Of a stretch of 64,000 bases of DNA, positions 16,752 through 26,749 are shown one piece after another. The stretch comes from a virus. The notes beneath the pieces were generated by a model. It saw nothing but the letters and a program-made list of their open reading frames with translations, made no database searches and was not told the DNA's origin. Made by a program: the position numbers and the translations under genes. Location of the stretch: the IMG/VR virus record IMGVR_UViG_3300001847_000838, positions 26,296 through 90,295 of that record; one strand, written 5' to 3'. Numbering within the stretch: position 1 is the first letter of the stretch; each line of letters starts with the position of its first letter.

Positions 16752-19451
16752 TTAGAGTTCTGTTATGCTAATCATGCGCCTTAAACCTACCGCAGTTAGC
16801 GTTGTTGCTGAACCGGCAGCCCAATACAAATCAATTTTATGTGTTCCTTTTGGCAAAAACATAGGGATCGTGTTTGATGCAGCATAACCAGTTGCATCGC
16901 GAAGTGCTCCGGGACTATTTTGGGCATTTGAAGGAACTACGGCATAATTTCCATTAATAAATATACCAACCCAACTAGCTGTACTGGTACTCGCATTTAT
17001 AAGAGCATAATAATTGATCAAAAACCAAGACCCATTTGAATTGACAGTAAGAGACATGTCTGGACAGGGAACTGGTGTTGTTGAAGTAGTAGTGGGGTCG
17101 CTTGTTATAGGAAAAGCTGAAGCATGATACTTTTGAAAAGCAAAAGCTTCCTTTACAGGTGTTAATTTTCTGTTATCACTAATCGCGTTCGATCCAACCG
17201 GAAGAGTATTTTGAAGATTGCCGTAAAGGTTACTCTTGTGAGAGTGGATAGGAGTGATAATGTCGATGGTGTTTACATCCAATACGCTGGATGCGGTGTT
17301 GTTTGTGAAGCGAACCTTGTACAGTCCGAGAGGCAAGTTGTTGATGCTGAGGCCCGATCCTGGGGTGTCGGATGCGTCAAGCTGGTCGAGGACTCCAGAG
17401 GAGAAAGTTACCCCAGTGCCATAGACGCTCGCAGTGAGTGTAGGGTAGTTAATCGTGGTCGCGGCAAGACCGTTCAGCGCGACAGAGATGCTTGCCGACC
17501 TGCCGGATGTGGCTCTGAACCGCATCTCGAAGCCAGTACCGAAGAAGGTATACTCGGAGTACGCAGAGCTTCTATCGGTGGTTATGTTCACACCACCGAT
17601 GAAGGTAGTGGCGGCGATTGCTCCGGCCATAGACCAGTCGAAGCTACCACCAGTTCCGTTAATGTACGTCAGCTCTCTAGTACAGAATTTTCTGAGAACC
17701 CCTGCACCGATCGTGTCGATGCCAGCCGTAGAGTTGGCTACATAATTAGCCATCACATTGTAATCAGCTAACTCTACTGCACCGGAAGGTAAACTAGGTT
17801 TTTTGGGTTGATAAACGATGAAAGAATGTAAATGTTCAGTATTTGTTGGAGAAGGAGATAAGTTGGCAATCTTTAAAGTATGTGTTCCGTATGGAAGACC
17901 GGATGCAATTTTTCTTGTTTGAGCTGATCTTGATAATCCAGTTACGTTTCCTACGTTTGTTCCATCTATATATATTTGAACGTTATCGGCTACAGTTCCG
18001 GATAAGTTAGCTATAACGTAATCAACCCCAGTACCCACAAATGTAAAAATTACAAAACTATTAGCATTTGCTAACCTTAAATATTCGTTTAATGTAGAGC
18101 CGTTATCTACAGCAGAAGCAACTAAAGCAGTTGAGCCATCATCAAGAGTAAATGCTCTATTGGTAGAGCCAGATGCTACAGCCATTGTAGAAAAGTCATC
18201 TGTTCTACCGGCACCAAACTCACGGAAATGATAACGACGAGCTATTTCTTCGTTTGTATGATCTGCAGAACTCATATATGCAGCGCTTGCGTTGGCCGCT
18301 TGAAATGCTTGTCCTAGTGTACCATCAGACTTTAAATACGTTAAGGTACGACCGCCTTTTGTGCCGGTTACGGAGGTATTGTAAGAAAAGCTTTGAAGCG
18401 ACGAGGCTACATATTGTTGATTTTTTAAGTAAGCATAGCCAGAAGTTACTTTTACAGATGAAGATTCATTTAAGATTTCAAAACCGTAGATCTTAACTGC
18501 GTTTGTGCTGTTGTTACGAAGCTTCACGGTGTGAACGCCGAGCGTCTGCGCAGAGTAAACTGGCAGAACCTGATTGGTAGAGTAGTTTCTAGTATCCAGA
18601 GCACTGCTGTAGGAGGCCGCGAAGATGTTAGCAGCTTCTGATCCCCCATCTATGGAGGGGCGGATGTCCATGCTTGCGGAGGCAAGGTCGGCAAGCAGGT
18701 TAAGGCCCGTACCATAAAAGGTAATCTCGATGAAATCCCCAGACGTAGAGGAGGACATAAACTGGCCGCTGGAGGTTATATTGTTAGACCAGCTACCTAC
18801 AAACCTAATCAGTCCCTTATCATCATTTAAAACACCAAATACTCTCTCACCACTCGATCCGAATTCATTCTGAATCTCGTAAACCTGCTGGACGATCAAC
18901 CGATCAATACCCATCCTAGGCTTAAGATCCTGTGAAAGATCTGTGATTGAAGCACGCTTGGTGATAGAAGAATAAAAAGTACCGGCAGCAGGGGAGCCAG
19001 CAGTAGTAGTTGCTGAGATAAGATATGAGCTATTATCTATAAACGCTTGAAAACCAGCGTCCTGAGCAGCATACAGCTGCACGAACCGGTTGTCCATTCC
19101 AAACTGAACTTCGGGTTTGAGGCCAAGTTTATATGCTTGAATGTTTAGGTTAGCTGAGATGGCAGCGGTAAGGGTAACTTGCGAAGACGTGCCATCTGAA
19201 GCTACCGAGGTAAAGGTGTAGTCATGAGATGAGCCAAGCCTAAGCTTTTTGCCATCCACAAACAGCCAGAAGTTGTCCGTGTAGCCAGAAGAGGTGGTGT
19301 CAACGGTGAATGACAGGTTGATCACTGTCTGGCTGGCCGTGGACGTAGCGTAATAGCTGTTGATGACCGGCTGGTTGAGGTTAGCAGGCAGATCGCTGTT
19401 GGTTAGCTTTTTAATGTTTGACTTACTATTTATTGATTGTGTCAACGGCAT
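16752..19451 (-). CDS. tail fibre/receptor-binding protein, paralogue 1 (899 aa)
   Basis: three FxGTG beta-sandwich repeats; collinear homology to the C-terminal two-thirds of 20038..23976. Confidence 0.75.
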   Translation of the reverse strand: MPLTQSINSKSNIKKLTNSDLPANLNQPVINSYYATSTASQTVINLSFTVDTTSSGYTDNFWLFVDGKKLRLGSSHDYTFTSVASDGTSSQVTLTAAISANLNIQAYKLGLKPEVQFGMDNRFVQLYAAQDAGFQAFIDNSSYLISATTTAGSPAAGTFYSSITKRASITDLSQDLKPRMGIDRLIVQQVYEIQNEFGSSGERVFGVLNDDKGLIRFVGSWSNNITSSGQFMSSSTSGDFIEITFYGTGLNLLADLASASMDIRPSIDGGSEAANIFAASYSSALDTRNYSTNQVLPVYSAQTLGVHTVKLRNNSTNAVKIYGFEILNESSSVKVTSGYAYLKNQQYVASSLQSFSYNTSVTGTKGGRTLTYLKSDGTLGQAFQAANASAAYMSSADHTNEEIARRYHFREFGAGRTDDFSTMAVASGSTNRAFTLDDGSTALVASAVDNGSTLNEYLRLANANSFVIFTFVGTGVDYVIANLSGTVADNVQIYIDGTNVGNVTGLSRSAQTRKIASGLPYGTHTLKIANLSPSPTNTEHLHSFIVYQPKKPSLPSGAVELADYNVMANYVANSTAGIDTIGAGVLRKFCTRELTYINGTGGSFDWSMAGAIAATTFIGGVNITTDRSSAYSEYTFFGTGFEMRFRATSGRSASISVALNGLAATTINYPTLTASVYGTGVTFSSGVLDQLDASDTPGSGLSINNLPLGLYKVRFTNNTASSVLDVNTIDIITPIHSHKSNLYGNLQNTLPVGSNAISDNRKLTPVKEAFAFQKYHASAFPITSDPTTTSTTPVPCPDMSLTVNSNGSWFLINYYALINASTSTASWVGIFINGNYAVVPSNAQNSPGALRDATGYAASNTIPMFLPKGTHKIDLYWAAGSATTLTAVGLRRMISITEL
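17158..17186. repeat. 29-nt tract identical to 20438-20466
   Basis: ggtgttaattttctgttatcactaatcgc at both sites. Confidence 0.9.
18192..18212. repeat. 21-nt tract identical to 21451-21471
   Basis: aaagtcatctgttctaccggc at both sites. Confidence 0.9.
18450..18488. repeat. 39-nt tract identical to 21709-21747
   Basis: ttttacagatgaagattcatttaagatttcaaaaccgta at both sites. Confidence 0.9.
18970..19028. repeat. 59-nt tract identical to 22235-22293
   Basis: gaataaaaagtaccggcagcaggggagccagcagtagtagttgctgagataagatatga at both sites. Confidence 0.92.
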
Positions 19452-19473
19452 ATTTACCTACTATATCATAAAG

Positions 19474-20028
19474 TTAAGGGGTTGCAGGAACAATATCAAA
19501 ACTGGTCCAGCCTGAAATTGGTACCGTTACAGTAAAACTATAAGATTCTGCTGTTTGAGTTAAAGCACAAAATGCACTTCCTACAAAAATAGGAGTTGAA
19601 TCATTAAATTGAAAAACACTAATTAGTGCGATGTTTGTTGTGTTATATGCTACAGCGTATGCAAGTGCTCTTTCTGTTCCACTTGGCGCTCCGTTACTAT
19701 TGACTGCTCCGCTTGAATTTCTAACAATAGCATTTCCAACAATTGCTTGATTTCCAAGAGTAGAAGGCGTTAATTTTGAACTATCTATTGTATAACCCAA
19801 AGGAAGTGGAAAAAGATAAATACCACTACCAGCAGCGGCTCCAGTATTGTTTGTATGATAATAATTGTAAGTAATTTGCATGGAGTCGCCTAATCTTCTC
19901 CATTTTGCAATATCAATTACTGTTGTAGTTGCTTTTGTTGGATTACTTGTAGTACCGGCTATATTCATTGTATAGCTTTGCCAATCTGTTGATGCAAGTT
20001 TTGCATGTACTCCAAAGATCTTGCTCAT
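19474..20028 (-). CDS. small tail-fibre tip-like protein
   Basis: TDWQSYT...AKWRRLGDSMQI...YLFPLP...TVPISGW pattern typical of fibre distal domains; AGGAG SD. Confidence 0.6.
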   Translation of the reverse strand: MSKIFGVHAKLASTDWQSYTMNIAGTTSNPTKATTTVIDIAKWRRLGDSMQITYNYYHTNNTGAAAGSGIYLFPLPLGYTIDSSKLTPSTLGNQAIVGNAIVRNSSGAVNSNGAPSGTERALAYAVAYNTTNIALISVFQFNDSTPIFVGSAFCALTQTAESYSFTVTVPISGWTSFDIVPATP

Positions 20029-20037
20029 GTTATTCTC

Positions 20038-23000
20038 CTAAATTTCTTTAACTGAAAGTGCTCGCTGCACGCTATTAGCTGTAACTGTTCCCGCACCAGA
20101 AAACACATACCAATAAACGTCTATTTTGTGAGTTCCAGCAGACAAATAAACTGGAAGATTCATAGAAACTGGATAGTTTGGAGCATTAGTTGCGCCAATT
20201 AACTGTTCTGCTCCTACATATACTCCATTAACATAAAATCTTATAGCTACGTTCATTGTATTTACGCTAATTGCCATTGAACAATAAAAACTTAAATCAA
20301 ACCAATTAGCAGATAAAGCCCTAACAGTAAGGGACATATCCGGTATTGGTACGGGAGTTGACGAACTTGCTGTTGGACTAGAGCTAATACCAAGAGCAAC
20401 CCCCCTAAATTTCTGGCTAGACTGAATTTCCTTTACGGGTGTTAATTTTCTGTTATCACTAATCGCATTAGAGCCTACAGAAAGAGTATTTTGAAGATCG
20501 CCGTAAAGGTTGCTCTTGTGAGAGTGGATTGGGGTGATGATGTCAATTCCGTTAACATTTAATTGAGCAGCATTTCCTGTAGTAATTCTTAATGTATATC
20601 GTCCAAGTGAAAGCCCTGAACATACAAAGCCAGTAGCGCGGGTGGTAGAAGCATCGTTCATATCAAGAACGCCCGTTCCACTATTATATCCGGTTCCTGT
20701 ACCGTATGTGCTAAAAACAGCAGTTGGAAAATTTGCAGATGTTAGGGATGTTCCGTTTATAGTTACATTTAACGTAGAGGAAACAACTGAAGCTGCTTCT
20801 AAGCGACAGTCAAATCCGGTACCAAAAAAAGTATATTCAAAATAATTGTTAATAGCCGCTGAAGAGGTGGCAGCATATCCAAAAATAAAAAGGGTAGGAT
20901 CAAGAGCTGAAAGAATCCATGTTCCAGAATATATCATTTCTCTTAAGCCAGATTTTCTTAATGTTCCAGTAGAAATACGCTCCAATCCAGCCGTAGAATT
21001 GGCGACAAAATCCGCCATCACATTGTAGTCAGCAAGTTCAATGGCCCCCAAAGGAAGTGAAGGCTTTTTAGGTTGGTAGACAATGAAGCTGACAAACGCA
21101 CCAGCGTTTCCGCTAACGTTAACCCTTGTAAACTTTACGGTATGGGTTCCATACGGAAGACCAGAAGCAACCTTTATTGTTTTTAACGATGTAAACGCGC
21201 CCAACGATCCGACGGAAGTACCGTCTACGGTCGCTGTAAAGGTATCGGTACTTGCTCCACTGCCAACATTAGTAAGAATATCAAGTCCAGTACCGACAAA
21301 GGTAATAGTTAAAAAGTTTCCAGCAGCATTCGGAGTAATGTTTTCAATGCTATTTGTAGTAAAGATAAAAGAAGAGTCGGTAACCAACGTAGTAGTTCCG
21401 TCGTCTAGCGTAAAAACCAGGTTGGTTACGACTCCGTTGGCTGACTTACTAAAGTCATCTGTTCTACCGGCCCCGAACTCGCGCCAACGATAAATCCTAG
21501 CAATTTCCTCGTTCGTATGATCCGCACTTGTTAGGTATGCAGCGCTTGCGTTGACCGCTTGAAACGCTTGGGCTCGAGCACCAGAAGAACTTAAATACTC
21601 AAGGACTCTTCCTCCTTTAGTTCCCGTAACAGCGGCATTGTAAGCAATAGAGGATTGTGCGCTAAGCGCAAGCTTTTGACCGCCGACGTATGCAATGCCA
21701 GGCTGAATTTTTACAGATGAAGATTCATTTAAGATTTCAAAACCGTAAACGTGTATATCTTGAGTGGCAGCTGTTGTAGCGGTTATTTTGATTGTGTGAA
21801 CTCCTAAAGAAAGACCACTTACAATAGGAACGATATTGTTAGGAGCATAGTTTCTTCCAGTAAGAACAGAGGAGTAACCAGTGCTTAATATATTTGCCGA
21901 GTCAGCGCCCCCATCTACGGAATAAGTAAGGGTTCTTGTGGCAGAAGAGTGAACAAAAAGCAAGTTTAAGCCTGTACCGTAAAAAGTTATTTCAACATAA
22001 TTGTTGTTGATTACTGTATCTGCATATGCACCGTTGTTATCAACAAGATTAGTCCAATTTCCAACAAACCTTATCTGTCCAAAAGTATCATTTAATGCAG
22101 CAAAAACAGGCTCTCCACTTGATCCAAACTCGTTTTGAAGTTGATAAATTTGTTGAACTGATATTCTTTCAATGCCCATTCTAGCTTTAAGGTCTTGACT
22201 TAAATCAGGAATGGCAGCGCGGTTTATAATTGATGAATAAAAAGTACCGGCAGCAGGGGAGCCAGCAGTAGTAGTTGCTGAGATAAGATATGAAGTTGTG
22301 TTAACAAACGACTGAAATCCCTGCGACATGATTTCTTGTTGAGCAAAGATCGCAGTTGTGTTGGTCGTAGAAGAATCAATGGTTTGTTGACGCTGTAGAA
22401 CCTCTACGTTCACGCTTGAGCTGCTGTAATCCTTATCCAACCTAATTACGTTACTGGTTATCTCCGTGTAGCAACCGTCAGGGGTAAGGGTGGCATCGAT
22501 GTATCTAGGGATAAGTTGACCGTTCAGATAAACGTCAATGCTTCCATATGGACCGCCGGAGTTTAAGCCTAATGCATACTGCCAACTTAGCGTTATCTGT
22601 GTTTTTCCACCAACTACGGAAAGCGAGCAGTTTACCGGCGAACCAACGCCGTTGGTAAAGGCGTAAGCATAGTTTGCCACGTTCGTGGCGGTGCCAGTTT
22701 GAGTAGCCTTCTGCATGAAGGCGCGGTAGGCGATTAGGCTGGCCGTTCCTGATCCGCTGGTCTTAGATGCAAAGAATCGAAGGTAAAGGCTGGTACCAGA
22801 AGTGGGGCAAACTACGCTCGAGACCTGACCTTGCTCAGATGATGGTCGGTTGTTTGCCGAGGTCCAACTGGAATTGTCTGTTGACGCAGCATATCCTACA
22901 TAAGGAGCTACGTTAACAGCGTATAAATTGTTGCTGATTGAGTTGTTGTCTTGATAGGTTACTAAGATTTCAGAAAAGCTTGAGCTAAAAGCAGAAGAAA

Positions 23001-23976
23001 TAGCATTAGACCCTACAGAAAGATTGTAAATATCTTTTGTGTGCACACATTGGGATACTGTAACTTGTGCCCCTATTGAAGGCACTGAACTTATTGTCTC
23101 TACCGTAAAGTTGGTCTGGCTATTTACCGTAGTGATTTTTACAATCTGACCAGTAGATAGAACGCAAACGTCTCCAACAGCAACTGTAAAAGATGGGGCG
23201 CTGCTAATGATTACAGTTGTTGAATTAGTTCCAGCGGCAATTGTTTTAGACGCATCATAGCTCATACTTAACATTGATAGGCTACCGCTATAGATAGCGT
23301 TTGTATAGCCAGCAGAACTATTTATTGAACTTGTAGACGTAGATGGAGATTCGGGAAAAACTTCTCTAAAGCTTGCTTGAAATTGAAGAGCATCAAGATC
23401 GTCGCCTATCCCTGATCCTGAACCAGACGATGCTCCGCCACCGCCATGTATTTGATATAGCATAGCGTTAGTAATATTTTGAATGATGCTGGAAGCATTA
23501 GATTGAGCTACAATGTATCCAAGGGAAAGAGCGCTTGAGCTTGGTGCGGGAATTATTACTGAGCCTAAAGAAGCGGCAGCCGAACCTACCGTTAAAGCAA
23601 TTTGACCAGAGCTGTTTACAGATACAAGTACCGCACAAAATTGGTTAGCACCAATTGTAATGGTAGCATTTGATCCGTTGCTGTTTGTTATGGTGCCGCC
23701 ACCTATTCCGGAAGGAAAAGTGAGAGTACCTCCAGCAAAGCTTACAAAAGTGTTATTTACAGGAGATAAAACTCTTTTCTTTGAAGTGTTTGAATTGGAT
23801 ACACTTCCAGACCCTACCGTAACGACCAAGCTAGGTGTAGACTGAGCAATTAAACGTCCAGGAGCAGTAAGCTCGCTATTAATAGATGCTAGAGTGCTAT
23901 CCATCCCCACCTTAGCGGAAGAGTTAAGTTGATCTTGAAGTACCCGTGTTTCTGATTGTCTTATATCTAAAGCCAT
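20038..23976 (-). CDS. tail fibre/receptor-binding protein, paralogue 2 (1312 aa)
   Basis: S/T/G-rich; three FxGTG repeats; shares its C-terminal ~650 aa with paralogue 1. Confidence 0.78.
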   Translation of the reverse strand: MALDIRQSETRVLQDQLNSSAKVGMDSTLASINSELTAPGRLIAQSTPSLVVTVGSGSVSNSNTSKKRVLSPVNNTFVSFAGGTLTFPSGIGGGTITNSNGSNATITIGANQFCAVLVSVNSSGQIALTVGSAAASLGSVIIPAPSSSALSLGYIVAQSNASSIIQNITNAMLYQIHGGGGASSGSGSGIGDDLDALQFQASFREVFPESPSTSTSSINSSAGYTNAIYSGSLSMLSMSYDASKTIAAGTNSTTVIISSAPSFTVAVGDVCVLSTGQIVKITTVNSQTNFTVETISSVPSIGAQVTVSQCVHTKDIYNLSVGSNAISSAFSSSFSEILVTYQDNNSISNNLYAVNVAPYVGYAASTDNSSWTSANNRPSSEQGQVSSVVCPTSGTSLYLRFFASKTSGSGTASLIAYRAFMQKATQTGTATNVANYAYAFTNGVGSPVNCSLSVVGGKTQITLSWQYALGLNSGGPYGSIDVYLNGQLIPRYIDATLTPDGCYTEITSNVIRLDKDYSSSSVNVEVLQRQQTIDSSTTNTTAIFAQQEIMSQGFQSFVNTTSYLISATTTAGSPAAGTFYSSIINRAAIPDLSQDLKARMGIERISVQQIYQLQNEFGSSGEPVFAALNDTFGQIRFVGNWTNLVDNNGAYADTVINNNYVEITFYGTGLNLLFVHSSATRTLTYSVDGGADSANILSTGYSSVLTGRNYAPNNIVPIVSGLSLGVHTIKITATTAATQDIHVYGFEILNESSSVKIQPGIAYVGGQKLALSAQSSIAYNAAVTGTKGGRVLEYLSSSGARAQAFQAVNASAAYLTSADHTNEEIARIYRWREFGAGRTDDFSKSANGVVTNLVFTLDDGTTTLVTDSSFIFTTNSIENITPNAAGNFLTITFVGTGLDILTNVGSGASTDTFTATVDGTSVGSLGAFTSLKTIKVASGLPYGTHTVKFTRVNVSGNAGAFVSFIVYQPKKPSLPLGAIELADYNVMADFVANSTAGLERISTGTLRKSGLREMIYSGTWILSALDPTLFIFGYAATSSAAINNYFEYTFFGTGFDCRLEAASVVSSTLNVTINGTSLTSANFPTAVFSTYGTGTGYNSGTGVLDMNDASTTRATGFVCSGLSLGRYTLRITTGNAAQLNVNGIDIITPIHSHKSNLYGDLQNTLSVGSNAISDNRKLTPVKEIQSSQKFRGVALGISSSPTASSSTPVPIPDMSLTVRALSANWFDLSFYCSMAISVNTMNVAIRFYVNGVYVGAEQLIGATNAPNYPVSMNLPVYLSAGTHKIDVYWYVFSGAGTVTANSVQRALSVKEI

Positions 23977-23985
23977 TTCAACCTC

Positions 23986-24336
23986 TTACGAGTTTCTCTC
24001 CGTCCTAAGATCTAGGTAGTCATCTGTAACAAGACCAAACGTGAGCTGGAACTGCGTATAGTTTGGACCGGCTCCTGATGTCAGCCAATCCCTTCCATAC
24101 TCTAATCTATCACCGTTTAAAAAAATGTTCAAATTAGGTACCCCAGTTTGGACAGTATATGTTCCAGAAGAGGGCAAAGTAATAGCTGTACTTGCAGATA
24201 TTGGACCATTAAGCGAACTTGGGGGTGTTGCCCCAGAAGCCACAATCGATATTGTTTGATCGTATATAGAAGGAAGGGAAGCCGATACGGTTACCATCCT
24301 TGAGACTCCATTAACTAATGCTAAAGCGTTAGCCAT
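23986..24336 (-). CDS. small virion structural protein
   Basis: LNIFLNGDRLEYGRDW motif also seen in neighbouring fibre proteins (LQVFLNGQRL, IDVYLNGQLI). Confidence 0.6.
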   Translation of the reverse strand: MANALALVNGVSRMVTVSASLPSIYDQTISIVASGATPPSSLNGPISASTAITLPSSGTYTVQTGVPNLNIFLNGDRLEYGRDWLTSGAGPNYTQFQLTFGLVTDDYLDLRTERNS

Positions 24337-26061
24337 TTAGTTTACCCCCATCATCTGAGGATGTATCCACATAGAGCTAGTTGATTGTGCCATAGCAATT
24401 TTTGAGCTTGCTATGTTGGAGCTGCTTGAAGCGCTTGAGTTTGGTACGATAGCGCCAGAAGCACCCAACCAAACAGGTTTGCCTATATCATTAGAGCCAA
24501 AAGTTGTATCTCCACTTGCTAAAGAATACGTACCTTCTGCGGTAAAAGAGATTGTTTGTCCAGCAGAAACAACTGACCCCGAATTAAATACTCCAATAAC
24601 CCAAAACAGATCGTTAGTTGCCGCGTTATAGTCAGCAGCATAAACTCTACCGGCTGTTTCTCCTAAAGAAGGTACGCCCCAACGTATAGCATAAGTTATG
24701 TTTGCGGAAAAAGATTGACCGGCAACTGCAGATTTTACAATTGCAGGGGCTGCTATAGCAGAAAGTGCGGATCCTCCACCACCAGAAATAGTAGTCCCAT
24801 CAACAGCGCTTGCGGCAATCTTTGAAGCGGTTACACCGCTATCTTTGATTCTTAGCGCGTTTGTAGCTATCTCTACGGTAGAGTTGTCTACGTTAAGGCC
24901 AATACCGCTAGACCCCGTAGTTATAGCTCTAGCGCCGTCTAGCTTTATGCCTAGTTGGTTAGAGCCGTCTATCTGAAGAGTAGGATTAGAAGCCTCAAGT
25001 TTTACTCTTAGTTGGCCAGCTACGTTTCCGGGGTTAGTAGATTCAAGGCCGGAAACTGTGGCTAGATCAACAGAAAAGGTTGAGCTAGAAAACGTAATCA
25101 TATCGCCGCCAATTAAGCCTGCGATTGGGTTATAATAAGAAAAGTTTATAGGATCAGTTCCAACGGTAGTCACTGTACCGTATTGAACCCAAACTTGACC
25201 GGCCTGACTGCCTTGTTGTACGGTTACCCATGCGCCGTTGAACTCGTCAAAGGGTGTAAGGGAATCCATATCAGAAGCTCTAGTCATAGCGCTACCGGCA
25301 CCATTAAATATATATATGCCGTTTTGAGAAGCTATAGCTTGATCTTTAACAAGAACTCTATTTCCACTTGTTAACGTAACGGTATCAACTGAAGCAGGAG
25401 CAGAGGACAGGTTGATGCTTGTTGTGGTGGCCGCTACTGCTGGAGCCTTAGGCGTTAAGCCGTTTAGGCGAGCGTTCATATAAGCCAAAGTAACAGGATC
25501 TTGATTAGAAGATGGATCCGATAAGTTTGTAAGGCGATAACCGCCCATTGATTGATTGTTAGCAAAAGCTATAGAGCCATCGCTTTGTATGGCAGTATTT
25601 ACCTTGCCAAGATCAACATCAGCATTAGGCATTGTTATAGTTCTGGTATTACCGGTATTTATAGATAAAGCAGAAAAAGCTATTTTTTTAGTGTTATCTA
25701 CAGAGTTTTGTATTCTAAAGGTACTGTCTAGTACAAGCTGCGATTCTAATGATGTCTGCAAAGCTTGAAGGGCAGTTTTAATAGTAGAGTTTGCGGGGAT
25801 AGTCGATCCTGTAAACGTACCTAAATCATTGCTTCCACCAGAAACGCCAGATAGGGTTACAAGGTTAGATATCCATCCCAACTGAACATCGGCATCCGGT
25901 ACGTCGATTGTGCGGACAGCTGTAGGGGTACCAGAAAAAGTAAAGTAAAAAGAGGTGCCAGCATTAACCTTAAGGTTTTGCACCACCAAAGTATTTGAAG
26001 TAAGATCTTGATTTCTTGCTACAGTTCCTATTACCCTGGCAAGCCTAGTTATATCAGCCAT
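24337..26061 (-). CDS. tail fibre-like protein
   Basis: YadA-stalk-like LTNLSDPSSNQDPVTLAY; NRVLVKDQ...QNGIY domain; repetitive beta segments. Confidence 0.7.
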   Translation of the reverse strand: MADITRLARVIGTVARNQDLTSNTLVVQNLKVNAGTSFYFTFSGTPTAVRTIDVPDADVQLGWISNLVTLSGVSGGSNDLGTFTGSTIPANSTIKTALQALQTSLESQLVLDSTFRIQNSVDNTKKIAFSALSINTGNTRTITMPNADVDLGKVNTAIQSDGSIAFANNQSMGGYRLTNLSDPSSNQDPVTLAYMNARLNGLTPKAPAVAATTTSINLSSAPASVDTVTLTSGNRVLVKDQAIASQNGIYIFNGAGSAMTRASDMDSLTPFDEFNGAWVTVQQGSQAGQVWVQYGTVTTVGTDPINFSYYNPIAGLIGGDMITFSSSTFSVDLATVSGLESTNPGNVAGQLRVKLEASNPTLQIDGSNQLGIKLDGARAITTGSSGIGLNVDNSTVEIATNALRIKDSGVTASKIAASAVDGTTISGGGGSALSAIAAPAIVKSAVAGQSFSANITYAIRWGVPSLGETAGRVYAADYNAATNDLFWVIGVFNSGSVVSAGQTISFTAEGTYSLASGDTTFGSNDIGKPVWLGASGAIVPNSSASSSSNIASSKIAMAQSTSSMWIHPQMMGVN

Positions 26062-26293
26062 TTACTTCTTCCTCTATCACGTTATCTTCTTCACCTTTAA
26101 GATTAACATGCTCCTCTTTTGGGCTTATTTCCATAACCATTCGAGCTTGTATGCCGTAAACATTGAGGAATTCATTAGCTTCTTTAACAGCCTTAAAAAC
26201 AACGTCTGAAACTTTTGCGGACAACAAACTTTCTACTTGTTTGAGTTGATCTTCGTCAAGAGCATTTAAGTCAACTTTTCTAAATCTTTCCAT
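26054..26293 (-). CDS. hypothetical protein
   Basis: coupled ORF in structural block. Confidence 0.55.
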   Translation of the reverse strand: MERFRKVDLNALDEDQLKQVESLLSAKVSDVVFKAVKEANEFLNVYGIQARMVMEISPKEEHVNLKGEEDNVIEEEVNG

Positions 26294-26296
26294 AAT

Positions 26297-26749
26297 TTAC
26301 AAAGCTCCGCCGTACTCTATATTCACTATAAGATCTTTTTGGGAAGGGTTATCTTTGTTTTTAACTATCATTCCCACTTTGATAGAATAGTCACCATCAG
26401 TAAAGCCGTTCGTCCCATAAGACGGTTCCACATTAGTTAGTGTTCCATCCTTAGCCACATATACAAAGTCACCAAAAGAAAACGGCGTAGAAATGTTCTG
26501 TATTCTTCCATGAGTAACTACATCTCCATAGTCACCATTAGGTATAGCGGCTGATGTTAATCCTAATACTCTAAAAGAAGAACTTCCATTGCTTATATCG
26601 ACCGGCTGTATTTCACCTGTTCCAGCAACGGGCGCTACAGGCTGCAAAGCGGTTATGCTGTAGCCTGAATTGTTGTACAAATTTAAGGATAGTTTTGTAC
26701 TTGTTGCTTGGGCTGCGGCAATGATAGCAGAATATGGACGGTAGGTCAT
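26297..26749 (-). CDS. small structural protein (decoration/cement-like beta fold)
   Basis: VLGLTSAAI...GDVVTHGRI...YVAKDGTLT...KVG pattern; ATG at 26749 in a TAATG overlap. Confidence 0.55.
   Translation of the reverse strand: MTYRPYSAIIAAAQATSTKLSLNLYNNSGYSITALQPVAPVAGTGEIQPVDISNGSSSFRVLGLTSAAIPNGDYGDVVTHGRIQNISTPFSFGDFVYVAKDGTLTNVEPSYGTNGFTDGDYSIKVGMIVKNKDNPSQKDLIVNIEYGGAL

Noticed and set aside
17211-17771. Long antisense ORFs over the fibre, tape measure, hub and DUF932 genes (e.g. 17211..17771, 55543..55920, 56753..57094, 49562..49870) and the same-strand alternative-frame ORF 57856..58248
   Set aside because: They coincide with GC-rich patches where stop codons are rarer, lack SD or promoter signals, and overlap well-supported genes.
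16752-23976. Diversity-generating retroelement or invertible shufflon acting on the fibres
   Set aside because: No reverse transcriptase or site-specific recombinase in the window; repeats are direct and coding; differences are not adenine-restricted.
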